DNA of 55,377 nucleotides from Flavobacteriales bacterium. Lineage in GTDB: Bacteria; Bacteroidota; Bacteroidia; Flavobacteriales_F; PHOS-HE28. Location of the stretch: assembly GCA_016788285.1 (NCBI GenBank), contig JAEUSW010000177.1, positions 1 to 55,377 of the forward strand, written 5' to 3'. Below are positions 21,308 through 30,556 of this stretch, in pieces; within the stretch, counting starts at the first letter, position 1, and each line of letters starts with the position of its first letter. The position numbers were made by a program, and so were the translations under genes. Under the pieces are notes generated by a model, which worked only from the letters and a program-made list of their open reading frames with translations, made no database searches and was not told the origin of the DNA.

Positions 21308-23709
21308 CAGAACTTGAAGTTCCAGGTGATGGAGGGAAGGATGCTGAACAGGCTCACCTGCTTGGCCACCACCTGCAGGCTGCCATCGGCCACGTTGCCC
21401 TCGTTGTCGAAGTAGATGAAGTAGGGGTTCGCGCGGTTGTACACGTTGTAGACGGACAGGGTCCAACTGCTGCGCCAGCGCCGGGTGCGGTATGTGACCT
21501 CTCCGGTGGACTTGTCCTTCACCTTCCGTTGTTCCTTGTTGTTCAGGGTGACGGCCAGGTCGAGGCGGTGGTACGGGGCCATCCGGAACCCGTTGCGCTC
21601 GGTGTACTCGCTGACCAGGTTGCCTTCCACGAAGTAGCGGTTCACCGGCAATGTGGCGGCCTGGCCGGTGGCATAGACGAAGGTGCCGGCGAAGTTCCAC
21701 CGCTTGTTCAGCTCGTACACGGCCACCACGCTCAGGTCGTGCCGGCGGTCCCATCGGCTGGGGAACTCGCGCCCCTCGTTGATGTCGGGGAAGATGCGCA
21801 TGGTCTTGCTCCACGTGTATCCGATCCAGCCGTTGAGCTTGCCGGTGGCCTTCTTCACGAAGAGCTCGGCTCCATAGCTGTAGCCGTTCCCGAAGACGAG
21901 CTGGGTGTAGTAGTTGGTGTTGCCGTTGGCCTGGGGCTCGGCCCCTTCCGCGTATTCCACCAGGTTGCGCATGTCCTTGTAGTACACCTCCACGCTCGTC
22001 TCGATCATGTTGTCGAGGAAGTTGCGGAAGTAGCCCGCGGCGTACTGGGTGCCGATGAGGGGCTTCACCTCCCGGCTGGCGGGGATCCACACATCGGTGG
22101 GCAGGGCGATGCTGCTGAAGCTCGCCAGGTGCACATATTGCTGGCCCCGGTTGAAGCTGGCCTTCACGCTGCTGCGCTCGTTGAGGCGGTAGCGGGCGCT
22201 CAGGCGCGGCTCCAGCGCGAAGTAGCTGCCCACCGTTTCGCCGCCGGAGAACGAACGGGTGCCGGTGCGTTCCCCCTGCTCGTCCAGGACGAACTCATCG
22301 AAGGGGCCCACGTGCGCGAATCCGGTGAACCGGAGCCCGGCATTGATGCGGATCTCGTCCGTCAGGTCGAATTCGTCCTGCACGTACACCGCACCTTCGT
22401 GGGCGATGAGCAGGCTGGGGGCAAGGATGTCGAAGTCGGTGTTGCCGCTGCGGGCCTCCACCGTGCTGGGCGTGTAGGTGTGGTGGATGTACTGCCCTCC
22501 GTACTTGAGGGTGTGGCGCACACTGGCATAGTGGCTCAGGTCCATCTTCAGGCCCACGTCCTTGATGCCGCTGAAGAGGGAGAACGCGAAGAACTCCTGG
22601 TCGGCCTTGAACTCGAACCGGTAGTCGCTGAAGGTGGCGGTGGTGTTCAGGAAGAGCTTCGGACCGAAGACGTGGTTCCAGCGTGCGCTCACGGTGGCGT
22701 TGCCCCATGGGATGCGGAAGGTGGGCGCATCCGGATCGCTGTTGGCGAAGGTGAACACGTCGCGTCCGAAGTAGCCGCTGAGGTAGAGGCGGTCCTTGTC
22801 GCTCAGGCGGTAGTTCACCTTCGCGTTCACGTCGTAGAAGTAGTAGCCCGAACCACCGAAGGCCGAGCTGTCGGGGATGAAGGGCTTGGTGATGACGTCG
22901 ATGTACGTGCGGCGACCGCTCAGCAGGAAGCTGGCGCGCTCCTTCACGATGGGCCCTTCCACGGTGAGCCGCGAACTGATGAGGCCGATGCCGCCCTGGG
23001 CGTGGAAGGACTTGTCGTTGCCCTCCTTCATGCTGATGTCAAGGACCGAGCTGATGCGGCCGCCGTACATGGCGGGGATGCCGCCCTTGATGAGCTCGAT
23101 GTTCTTGACGGCGTCGGCGTTGAACACGCTGAAGAAGCCGAAGAGGTGGCTGGCGTTGTACACGGTGGCCTCGTCCAGGAGGATGAGGTTCTGGTCCGGC
23201 CCGCCTCCGCGCACATAGAAGCCGGCATTGCCTTCGCCATTGCTCTTCACGCCCGGCAGGTACTGAAGGGTCTTCAACAGGTCCACCTCGCCCAGGAGCG
23301 CGGGCAGCAGCTTCACCTGCTGCACGTCGAGCTCGGCGCGGCCCATATCGGTGCTCTCGGTGTTCTTCCGGGCGTCCTTTCCGGTGATGGTCACCTCCTG
23401 GGCGATGATCGCGTCCGGCTGAAGCTCGATGTTCAGCACCTGATCGGCCTTCAGCTCCACGGTGATCGACCGGTCGCCGTAGCCCAGGTAGCTGGTGTTC
23501 ACCGTGTAGGTGCCGGGTTCCAGGGTCAACGAGTAGTACCCGTACGCGTTGGTGGCCGTGCCTTTCTTGATGGAGGGGAGGTACACCCCGGCACCGATCA
23601 GCGCCTCCCCGCTGGCCGCATCCTTCACGTAGCCGCTCAGGGTGTGCCGCTCCTGGGCGATCGCCAGGGCGCAGAAGAGGAATGCGAGGACCAGTGCGGG
23701 AAAGCGCAT
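21307..23709 (-). CDS. TonB-dependent outer-membrane receptor
   Basis: N-terminal CarboxypepD-like domain, plug motif VRGGGPDQNLILLD / YGGRISSV, and terminal WNFKF. Confidence 0.93.
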   Translation of the reverse strand: MRFPALVLAFLFCALAIAQERHTLSGYVKDAASGEALIGAGVYLPSIKKGTATNAYGYYSLTLEPGTYTVNTSYLGYGDRSITVELKADQVLNIELQPDAIIAQEVTITGKDARKNTESTDMGRAELDVQQVKLLPALLGEVDLLKTLQYLPGVKSNGEGNAGFYVRGGGPDQNLILLDEATVYNASHLFGFFSVFNADAVKNIELIKGGIPAMYGGRISSVLDISMKEGNDKSFHAQGGIGLISSRLTVEGPIVKERASFLLSGRRTYIDVITKPFIPDSSAFGGSGYYFYDVNAKVNYRLSDKDRLYLSGYFGRDVFTFANSDPDAPTFRIPWGNATVSARWNHVFGPKLFLNTTATFSDYRFEFKADQEFFAFSLFSGIKDVGLKMDLSHYASVRHTLKYGGQYIHHTYTPSTVEARSGNTDFDILAPSLLIAHEGAVYVQDEFDLTDEIRINAGLRFTGFAHVGPFDEFVLDEQGERTGTRSFSGGETVGSYFALEPRLSARYRLNERSSVKASFNRGQQYVHLASFSSIALPTDVWIPASREVKPLIGTQYAAGYFRNFLDNMIETSVEVYYKDMRNLVEYAEGAEPQANGNTNYYTQLVFGNGYSYGAELFVKKATGKLNGWIGYTWSKTMRIFPDINEGREFPSRWDRRHDLSVVAVYELNKRWNFAGTFVYATGQAATLPVNRYFVEGNLVSEYTERNGFRMAPYHRLDLAVTLNNKEQRKVKDKSTGEVTYRTRRWRSSWTLSVYNVYNRANPYFIYFDNEGNVADGSLQVVAKQVSLFSILPSITWNFKF

Positions 23710-23895
23710 GCGAGGGCCGGCAAAAGTAGCCGTGCACGGGGAGGACAACGCTCAAGATCCATGAATGTTTGATTTCCCCCATGAGCGGTGAGCCCGGTTG
23801 TGGAGAACGCTGTGCATAACCTCACGGAAGCTTCACGTTCCGGGAAGGGTGGGCCGTGCGGTCGATCGGACCTTTGCCCGCAGATCAGGAGCACG

Positions 23896-23997
23896 ATGAA
23901 CACCTTCATCCGGAAGTACCACACCAGCTTGTTGACCGTTGGCATCTACCTGGCCTTGACGGCGTTCGCCCTCTTGGTGTCCCTTGGGCTTCTGTAA
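23896..23997 (+). CDS. Putative 33-aa single-pass membrane protein
   Basis: MNTFIRKYHTSLLTVGIYLALTAFALLVSLGLL; codon usage matches the genome; AGGAG upstream. Confidence 0.5.
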   Translation: MNTFIRKYHTSLLTVGIYLALTAFALLVSLGLL

Positions 23998-24032
23998 GGA
24001 ACCCCTCGACCGGCAGGTTCGCACCGGTTGTG

Positions 24033-24040
24033 TACATTTG
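24033..24040 (+). promoter_or_regulatory. Bacteroidota -7 promoter element for the tRNA-Pro locus
   Basis: TACATTTG matches the TAnnTTTG consensus. Confidence 0.7.
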
Positions 24041-24049
24041 CGCCCCCTT

Positions 24050-24113
24050 GGGTGTAGCGCAGCCTGGTAGCGCATCCCGCCGATGGCGGGTTGATCGCTT
24101 CGAAATGCGGGAC
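24050..24113 (+). pseudogene. Degenerate tRNA-Pro-like element
   Basis: 24 of 25 nt identical to the 5' part of the adjacent tRNA-Pro; anticodon arm replaced by cccgcc-gat-ggcggg; T-loop-like ttcgaaat; no 3' acceptor strand. Confidence 0.7.
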
Positions 24114-24121
24114 AAGTACAT

Positions 24122-24195
24122 CGGGGTGTAGCGCAGCCCGGTAGCGCACTTGCATGGGGTGCAAGTGGTCGCTGGTTCGAATCCAGTCACCCCGA
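24122..24195 (+). tRNA. tRNA-Pro(GGG)
   Basis: Acceptor stem cggggtg/caccccg; anticodon arm cttgc-atGGGgt-gcaag; T-loop ggttcgaatcc. Confidence 0.95.
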
Positions 24196-24200
24196 CTGGA

Positions 24201-24238
24201 CCAAGGAGGGCCGCCGAACAGGCGGCCCTCTTCCTTGG
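24201..24238 (+). terminator. Terminator hairpin after tRNA-Pro
   Basis: ccaaggagggccgcc-gaaca-ggcggccctcttccttgg. Confidence 0.7.
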
Positions 24239-24458
24239 TGGCCGATGAGCGCTACGTTCTACCTCATCCTTCCTGCATGACGCGCGACCGGAACGGTCGT
24301 GCTGCAGGTGGTCGATCGGCCCGAACGATGAACGGCTGTGCCTGCATGTGGCGCTAGCGAGGCCGGTTGATGCCGAACCGTTGGTCACAGGTCGGTCAAT
24401 GCGGGATGGCGTGGCGAGATGCAGGTGGACCGCGGTACTTTCGCGACCCCGACCCATC

Positions 24459-26369
24459 ATGTCCGATCGCCATCATCTGGTCGTCCCCGGCCTGGCCCTT
24501 CTGCTTTCCCACTGCACGCCACAGGCCAGGGAGGGCGATGTGGGCGCAGCGCAGGGGAACGACGCTCAGAGCCGCACCGTCGCCATGGACATCCACAGCT
24601 CCGCGCGGCCCCAGGAGGCCGTCATCACGCACCTGCATCTGGACATCACCGTGGACATGCAGGCGCACCGGATCGCGGGCACGGCCAGCTACGCGCTTGC
24701 GCCCGGCCACGGCGCTCGCGTGGTCTTGGACACCGACGGCCTGCAGATCGGCGTGGTCACCGATGGGAGCGGACGTTCGCTGCCCTACACACTGGGGGAA
24801 GCGGGCCCGTTGGGCGCTGCGCTCGAGGTGGAGCTGGCGGACCAGGTGGATACCATCCGCATCGCCTACACCACCGGACCGGGAGCGCGAGCGCTGCAGT
24901 GGCTGAGCCCCGGGCAGACCAAGGGCGGACGGCATCCCTTCCTCTTCACCCAGGGACAGGCGATCCTCACCCGCAGCTGGATCCCCATCCAGGACAGCCC
25001 GGGCATCCGCTTCACCTATGAGGCCGACGTGCGCGTGCCGAGCGAGCTGATGGCCGTGATGAGCGCGGCCAACCCCCAGCAGCGATCAGCGGACGGCACC
25101 TATCACTTCCGCATGGACCAGCCCATCCCGGCCTACCTGATGGCCCTGGCCGTGGGGGACATCGCCTTCAAACCCATCGGGGTCCGGACGGGCATCTATG
25201 CCGAACCGGAACTGGTGGAGAAGGCCGCCTGGGAGTTCGCCGACATGGAGGAGATGGTGGAGGCCGCCGAAGCCCTCTACGGGCCCTACCGTTGGGAGCG
25301 CTATGACGTGCTGGTGCTTCCGCCGAGCTTCCCCTTCGGCGGCATGGAGAACCCGCGGCTCACGTTCGCCACGCCCACCATCCTGTCCGGCGACCGGTCC
25401 CTTACCGCCCTCATCGCCCATGAGCTGGCGCACAGCTGGAGCGGGAACCTGGTGACCAACGCCACATGGAACGACTTCTGGCTGAACGAGGGCTTCACGG
25501 TCTACTTCGAGAAGCGGATCTGCGAGCGGCTCTACGGACCCGAGTACGCCGGTATGCTGGCCCTGCTGGGCTATCAGGACCTTCAGCATGCCGTGGCGCG
25601 CTTCACAGGCGAGGGCGCCGAACAGGACACCCGGTTGAAGCTCGATCTGGCCGGCCGTGATCCCGACGACGGGGTCTCCGACATCGCCTATGAGAAAGGG
25701 TACGCCTTCCTGCGCCGGCTCGAGGAGGAGGTGGGCCGTGAGCGCTTCGATGCCTTCCTGCGGGCCTACTTCGATCGCTTCGCCTTCAAGGCCATCACCA
25801 CCGAGGAGTTCCTGGCGCACCTGGATGAGCATCTGGTGCGTCCGCTGAACGTACAGGTGGACATCCGGGAATGGGTGTACGGCACGGGCATGCCCAAGGA
25901 CCTGGTGGTGCCGGTGAGCGACCGGTTCCTGAAGGTGGAGGTGGAGATCGAGCGGTGGCGGACCGGGACGCCGGCCAAGGAGCTGCGGACCACGGGCTGG
26001 AGCACCTTCGAGTGGATGCACTTCGTACGGCACCTGCCGGACAGCCTGAGCGGCGACCGCATGGCCGATCTGGATGCGGCCTTCGGCTTCACGGGATCGG
26101 GCAATGCGGAGGTGGTGGCGGCCTGGTTGGAGCAATGCGTCCGCAACGACTATCCACCGGCCTACGAACGACTGGATGCCTTCCTAACCGAGGTGGGGCG
26201 ACGGAAGTTCGTGCAGCCTCTCTTCGAGGCGCTGCAGACCAGCGAGAAGGGCCGGGCGATGGCGCGGAACATCTACCAGCGGGCGCGTCCCAACTACCAC
26301 TCGGTGACGGTACGCACGATCGATGAGCTGTTGGACTGGACGCCGATGAGCGATCCGGTGACCTTGTGA
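24459..26369 (+). CDS. M1 family aminopeptidase (leukotriene A4 hydrolase-like)
   Basis: GGMEN, HELAHSW...WLNEG, YEKG and a C-terminal GRRKF domain; possible lipoprotein signal. Confidence 0.93.
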   Translation: MSDRHHLVVPGLALLLSHCTPQAREGDVGAAQGNDAQSRTVAMDIHSSARPQEAVITHLHLDITVDMQAHRIAGTASYALAPGHGARVVLDTDGLQIGVVTDGSGRSLPYTLGEAGPLGAALEVELADQVDTIRIAYTTGPGARALQWLSPGQTKGGRHPFLFTQGQAILTRSWIPIQDSPGIRFTYEADVRVPSELMAVMSAANPQQRSADGTYHFRMDQPIPAYLMALAVGDIAFKPIGVRTGIYAEPELVEKAAWEFADMEEMVEAAEALYGPYRWERYDVLVLPPSFPFGGMENPRLTFATPTILSGDRSLTALIAHELAHSWSGNLVTNATWNDFWLNEGFTVYFEKRICERLYGPEYAGMLALLGYQDLQHAVARFTGEGAEQDTRLKLDLAGRDPDDGVSDIAYEKGYAFLRRLEEEVGRERFDAFLRAYFDRFAFKAITTEEFLAHLDEHLVRPLNVQVDIREWVYGTGMPKDLVVPVSDRFLKVEVEIERWRTGTPAKELRTTGWSTFEWMHFVRHLPDSLSGDRMADLDAAFGFTGSGNAEVVAAWLEQCVRNDYPPAYERLDAFLTEVGRRKFVQPLFEALQTSEKGRAMARNIYQRARPNYHSVTVRTIDELLDWTPMSDPVTL

Positions 26370-27002
26370 TCAGCCGAAGCAACGGCGCAGCACCACCGGG
26401 TCCAGGGTATGCCCCCCGGGAAAGAGGTGACGCTGCACAGGAACGCCTGCGAAGGCCAGGCGTTCGGCGTTCTGCTCGAACTGCGCCCGTGGCACCAAGG
26501 TGTCATGCTCACCATGCACGAGGTCCACGCTGCAACCGCGGAATGCCGCGGCCAGGTCTCCTTGTTGCAATTCGGGCGGCAGGCCTCCGCCCCAGAGCAC
26601 GACCTGTGCCGGACGGGCCCGACCTCGCGCAAGCCAACGGGCCACGGTGGCCACGCCTTGGGAATAGCCCAGCACATGCAGGGGACGGTGACCGGCGGTG
26701 GGCTGAAGGAGCTCGATGAGCGCATCGAGGTAACGCACATGGTCGTCGATCTCGTGCTCGCGGTCCTCGCGGGTCATCCAGGTGGCGCCCACCCGTTGAT
26801 GAGCGTCATCGAGGTAGAACCGGCTGAGCCCTTCCGGGGCCACCACGGCATCGGCGCCCGCCACGGGGGCGAAGGCGTTCAGGAAGTACCGCGCAAGCTG
26901 GCCATACCCGTGCACCACCACCCAGAGCCGGCCCGCGGTCTGCGGATCGCCCAGCTGATGGAAGCGGGCCGTGCGGCCCACGCGGATGAAGCGCTCCTCC
27001 AC
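26370..27002 (-). CDS. Alpha/beta hydrolase (phospholipase/carboxylesterase-like)
   Basis: HGYGQ, GYSQG nucleophile motif, HGEHD and GGH; GTG start 2 nt after the E1 stop. Confidence 0.85.
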   Translation of the reverse strand: MEERFIRVGRTARFHQLGDPQTAGRLWVVVHGYGQLARYFLNAFAPVAGADAVVAPEGLSRFYLDDAHQRVGATWMTREDREHEIDDHVRYLDALIELLQPTAGHRPLHVLGYSQGVATVARWLARGRARPAQVVLWGGGLPPELQQGDLAAAFRGCSVDLVHGEHDTLVPRAQFEQNAERLAFAGVPVQRHLFPGGHTLDPVVLRRCFG

Positions 27003-27004
27003 GG

Positions 27005-29110
27005 CTAGAAGCTGAGCAGGGCCTCCAGCGCCGCGGCCACCTTGTCCGCGCTCGGGATCATGGCCGCCTCCAACGTGCTGTTGAGCGGGATGGCGGGCAT
27101 GTCCACGGCGCCCAGGGTGCGCACCGGAGCATCGAGATGCTCGAAGCAGCGGTCGCCGATGCGGGCGGCAAGGGCCTGGGCGAAGCTGTTGGTGAGCTGT
27201 TCCTCGGTGACGACCAGGCAGCGGCCGTGCGCACGCACCTGCTCCATCACGGTGTCCTCGTCCAGCGGCACCAGGGTGCGGAGATCGATGAGGGTGACCC
27301 GGCCGGGGAAGGCCCTGGCGGCGGCCTGGGCCCAGTACACGCCCATGCCGTACGTGACCACCACCGCGGCCTGGCCCCGGGCCACGGCGTCCGGATCGGC
27401 CTGCAGCACCAGGCGCGCCTTGCCGAACGGGATGATGTAATCCGGCGAAGGCTCCACGCTCTTGGCGTCCTCGGTGCCCTTGATCTTGCTCCAGTAGAGG
27501 CCCTTGTGCTCGAGCATCACCACGGGATTGGGGTCGTGGTAGGCGGCCTTCATCAGGCCCTTGAGGTCGGCGCCGGTGCTCGGGTAGGCGATCTTGATGC
27601 CCTTGATGGTGCAGAGCACGCTCTCCACACTGCTGCTGTGATAGGGTCCGCCGCTGCCGTACGCACCGATGGGCACGCGGATGATGCAGGATACCGGCCA
27701 CTTGCCCACGGTGAGGTAGGCGCTGCGGGCCACTTCGGTGAAGAGCTGGTTGAGGCCCGGCCAGATGTAGTCGGCGAACTGCACCTCGACGATCGGCTTG
27801 AGGCCCGCGGCGCTCATGCCCACGGTGCTGCCGATGATGAAGGCCTCCTGGATGGGGGTGTTGAACACGCGGTGGTCACCGAAGTCGCGGGCAAGGGTGG
27901 CCGCCTCGCGGAACACACCGCCGAGCCGGGCACCCACATCCTGGCCGTAGAGCAGGCAGCGCGGGTCCTCCTGCATCAGCTCGCGGATGGCGAAGAGCGC
28001 ACAGTCCACCATCACGGTGGGCTGACGGTCCTTCGGTGCCCGTTCGCCACGTTCTTCCGTGACGGGTGTCGGGGCGAAAGCATGGGTCAGCAGGTCCTCG
28101 GGCGAGGGGTCGGCCGCGGCGCAGGCGCGGTCGAAGTCGGCCTTCACGCGGGCGTTCGCCTTCTGCTCGATCTGCTTGAGCCCCTCAAGCTGCAGGCGCT
28201 GGTCGAGGCAGTGCTGCAACAGGCGGGGGTGCGGATCGCGCTTGCGGTGCTCGGCGAGGTTCTCCTCGCTCCGGTAGAACTCCATGCGCACGCCGCTCGT
28301 GTGGTGGTTCAGCAGCGGCACCTTGGCGTGCACCAGGAAAGGGCGACGCTCCTTGCGCACCGTGGCGATCACCTCGTTCAAGGTGGCGTAGCAGGTGGGG
28401 AAGTCGCTGCCGTCGATGCTGCGGACCTCCAGGCCCTTGAAGCCCTTGGCATACTCGGGGGCATCGGCCACGCGGATCTCGTCGGCGTTGGCGCTGATGT
28501 CCCATTCATTGTCCTGCACCAGGTAGATGATGGGCAGCTTTTTGAGCACGGCCATCTGGAAGGCCTCGGCCACTTCGCCTTCGGTGATCGAGGCATCGCC
28601 CAGGGAGCAGACCACGATGGGCGCCTCCTTGTCCGCTGAACCATTGAGGTCATGGGCCACACCGGCGCGCTCCTTGTACCACAGGCCCAGGGCGATGCCG
28701 GTGGTGGGGATGGCCTGCATGCCCGTGGCGCTGCTCTGGTGCGGGATCCTCGGCATGCCTTCGCGCCGCAGGCTGGGATGCCCATAGTAGGTGCGGCCAC
28801 CGCTGAAGGGGTCATCGCGCTTGGCCAGCAGTTGAAGCATCAGTTCGTACGGCTCCATGCCGATGCCGAGCAGGATGCTGTCGTCGCGGTAATACGGGGC
28901 CACGTAGTCCTGGGGACGCAGCTGCATGCCGAGGGCCAGCTGGATGGCCTCGTGCCCGCGGCTGGTCGCATGCACGTATTTGCTGGTCAGTTTGAAATGC
29001 TCCTCGTAGAGCTCCGTCATCGCTTTCGCGGTGCAGAGGAGGTCCCAGGCGCGCAGCAGGATGTCCTTGCCGATGGCGGACGGTGCGGAGCGGGTGGTGG
29101 CGGTGGTCAT
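27005..29110 (-). CDS. 2-oxoacid dehydrogenase E1, fused alpha and beta subunits (probably branched-chain)
   Basis: TPP motif GDASITEG...QDN; GQDVG..GGVFR, EVQFADY and HSSS transketolase-type domains. Confidence 0.9.
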   Translation of the reverse strand: MTTATTRSAPSAIGKDILLRAWDLLCTAKAMTELYEEHFKLTSKYVHATSRGHEAIQLALGMQLRPQDYVAPYYRDDSILLGIGMEPYELMLQLLAKRDDPFSGGRTYYGHPSLRREGMPRIPHQSSATGMQAIPTTGIALGLWYKERAGVAHDLNGSADKEAPIVVCSLGDASITEGEVAEAFQMAVLKKLPIIYLVQDNEWDISANADEIRVADAPEYAKGFKGLEVRSIDGSDFPTCYATLNEVIATVRKERRPFLVHAKVPLLNHHTSGVRMEFYRSEENLAEHRKRDPHPRLLQHCLDQRLQLEGLKQIEQKANARVKADFDRACAAADPSPEDLLTHAFAPTPVTEERGERAPKDRQPTVMVDCALFAIRELMQEDPRCLLYGQDVGARLGGVFREAATLARDFGDHRVFNTPIQEAFIIGSTVGMSAAGLKPIVEVQFADYIWPGLNQLFTEVARSAYLTVGKWPVSCIIRVPIGAYGSGGPYHSSSVESVLCTIKGIKIAYPSTGADLKGLMKAAYHDPNPVVMLEHKGLYWSKIKGTEDAKSVEPSPDYIIPFGKARLVLQADPDAVARGQAAVVVTYGMGVYWAQAAARAFPGRVTLIDLRTLVPLDEDTVMEQVRAHGRCLVVTEEQLTNSFAQALAARIGDRCFEHLDAPVRTLGAVDMPAIPLNSTLEAAMIPSADKVAAALEALLSF

Positions 29111-29253
29111 CCGGGAGGGGGAGGATCCGGCCAAGGTACGGCCCACCTGGTGGAGGTCATCTGGGCGCCGTTCGCCGCCTGGGCGCACCGCCGGTGTGAT
29201 CGCCGCCCCTGCACCGGACGGCCGGTCTACTTTTGGCCATCATTCAACACCCC

Positions 29254-30054
29254 ATGGACCGCAGAGCCCACGAGATCGACCACCGCATCGTCGGTGACGA
29301 CATGCAATGCGTGGAGATCACGCTTGACCCGCAGGAGACCGTCATCGCCGAGGCGGGCAGCCTGATGATGATGGACGACGGCGTGCAGATGCAGACCATC
29401 TTCGGCGATGGCAACGGCCAGGAGCAGAGCTTCATGAGCAAGTTGTGGGGTGCCGGCAAGCGCGTGCTCACGGGTGAAAGCCTGTTCATGACCGCCTACA
29501 CCAACCACGCCACCGGTCGCAAGACCGTATGGTTCGCCGCACCCTATCCGGGCAAGATCCTGCCCATGGACCTGCGCGATCACGGCCAGCGGCTGATCTG
29601 CCAGAAGGACTCCTTCCTCTGCGCGGCCAAGGGCGTTTCGGTGGGCATCGAGTTCCAGCGGAAGCTTGGCACCGGCCTGTTCGGGGGCGAAGGCTTCATC
29701 ATGCAGAAGCTGGAGGGCGACGGCCAGGTGTACATCCATGCCGGCGGTACGGTGGTGGAGCGTCAGCTGGCGCCCGGTGAACTGCTCCGCGTGGACACCG
29801 GCTGCCTGGTGGCCATGACCTACGGCATCGATTACGACATCCAGTTCGTGGGCGGCATCAAGAACACGCTGTTCGGAGGGGAGGGCCTCTTCTTCGTCAC
29901 CCTGCGCGGTCCGGGCCACGTCTGGCTGCAAAGCCTGCCCTTCAGCCGCCTGGCGGACAACATCGTGGCCGCTGCGCCGCGCGCGGGTGGCAGCCGTCGC
30001 GAGGAGGGGTCCATCCTGGGCGGGCTGGGCGGCCTGCTGGACGGGGACAACTGA
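29254..30054 (+). CDS. AIM24 / TIGR00266 family protein
   Basis: TGESLF, FGGEGFIMQKLEGDG and GPGHVWLQSLP motifs. Confidence 0.88.
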   Translation: MDRRAHEIDHRIVGDDMQCVEITLDPQETVIAEAGSLMMMDDGVQMQTIFGDGNGQEQSFMSKLWGAGKRVLTGESLFMTAYTNHATGRKTVWFAAPYPGKILPMDLRDHGQRLICQKDSFLCAAKGVSVGIEFQRKLGTGLFGGEGFIMQKLEGDGQVYIHAGGTVVERQLAPGELLRVDTGCLVAMTYGIDYDIQFVGGIKNTLFGGEGLFFVTLRGPGHVWLQSLPFSRLADNIVAAAPRAGGSRREEGSILGGLGGLLDGDN

Positions 30055-30124
30055 GCGCTCGATCGCGCGTCGGAACGAGGGCCGGTGCCGATGGTGCCGG
30101 CCCTGCCTCGTTGTGCAGGGGCGA

Positions 30125-30502
30125 TCACTCCACCTGCTCCCGACGGGGCCCCCGGTCCAGGGCGTTGAGGAAGCTCTCCACCACCGAGAGCAGCAGGCTG
30201 AACCCCAGCGCCCACCAGAAGTTCCGCACCACGAAGCCCGGCACCAGCTCGGCGGCGAGCAGCACCACCGCCGCGTTGATCACCAGCAGGAAGAGCCCGA
30301 GCGTGATCACCGTGGCGGGCAGCGTGAGCAGGATGAGCAGCGGCCGAACGAAGGCGTTCAGCAGGCCCAGCACGGCGGCGGTCAGCAACGCGGTGAGCAC
30401 GCCGTGGGTCTCCCCCAGGTCGCCCAGCGTGACCCCGTCGAGCAACAGGTCGCAGATGAGCACCGCGATGGTGGTGATGATCAGCCGGATGAGCGCCTTC
30501 AT
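30125..30502 (-). CDS. YvlD/DUF360 four-TM membrane protein (phage holin 4 family)
   Basis: LGLLNAFVRPLLILLTLPATVITLGLFLLVINA signature. Confidence 0.88.
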   Translation of the reverse strand: MKALIRLIITTIAVLICDLLLDGVTLGDLGETHGVLTALLTAAVLGLLNAFVRPLLILLTLPATVITLGLFLLVINAAVVLLAAELVPGFVVRNFWWALGFSLLLSVVESFLNALDRGPRREQVE

Positions 30503-30507
30503 GGGCA

Positions 30508-30539
30508 CAAAATAGACAGGGGCCCCGTGAGGCCCCTGT
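30508..30539 (-). terminator. Intrinsic terminator of the PDZ protein gene
   Basis: acaggggcc-ccgtga-ggcccctgt, followed on the - strand by ctattttg. Confidence 0.65.
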
Positions 30540-30556
30540 TCGGCGGTCGATGCGGG

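Noticed and set aside
24050-24195. tRNA duplication as attL/attR of an integrated element
   Set aside because: The copies are only 72 bp apart, with no integrase or cargo between them.
30125-30502. Holin as evidence of a prophage
   Set aside because: YvlD/DUF360 is a common chromosomal membrane protein, and no phage genes are nearby.
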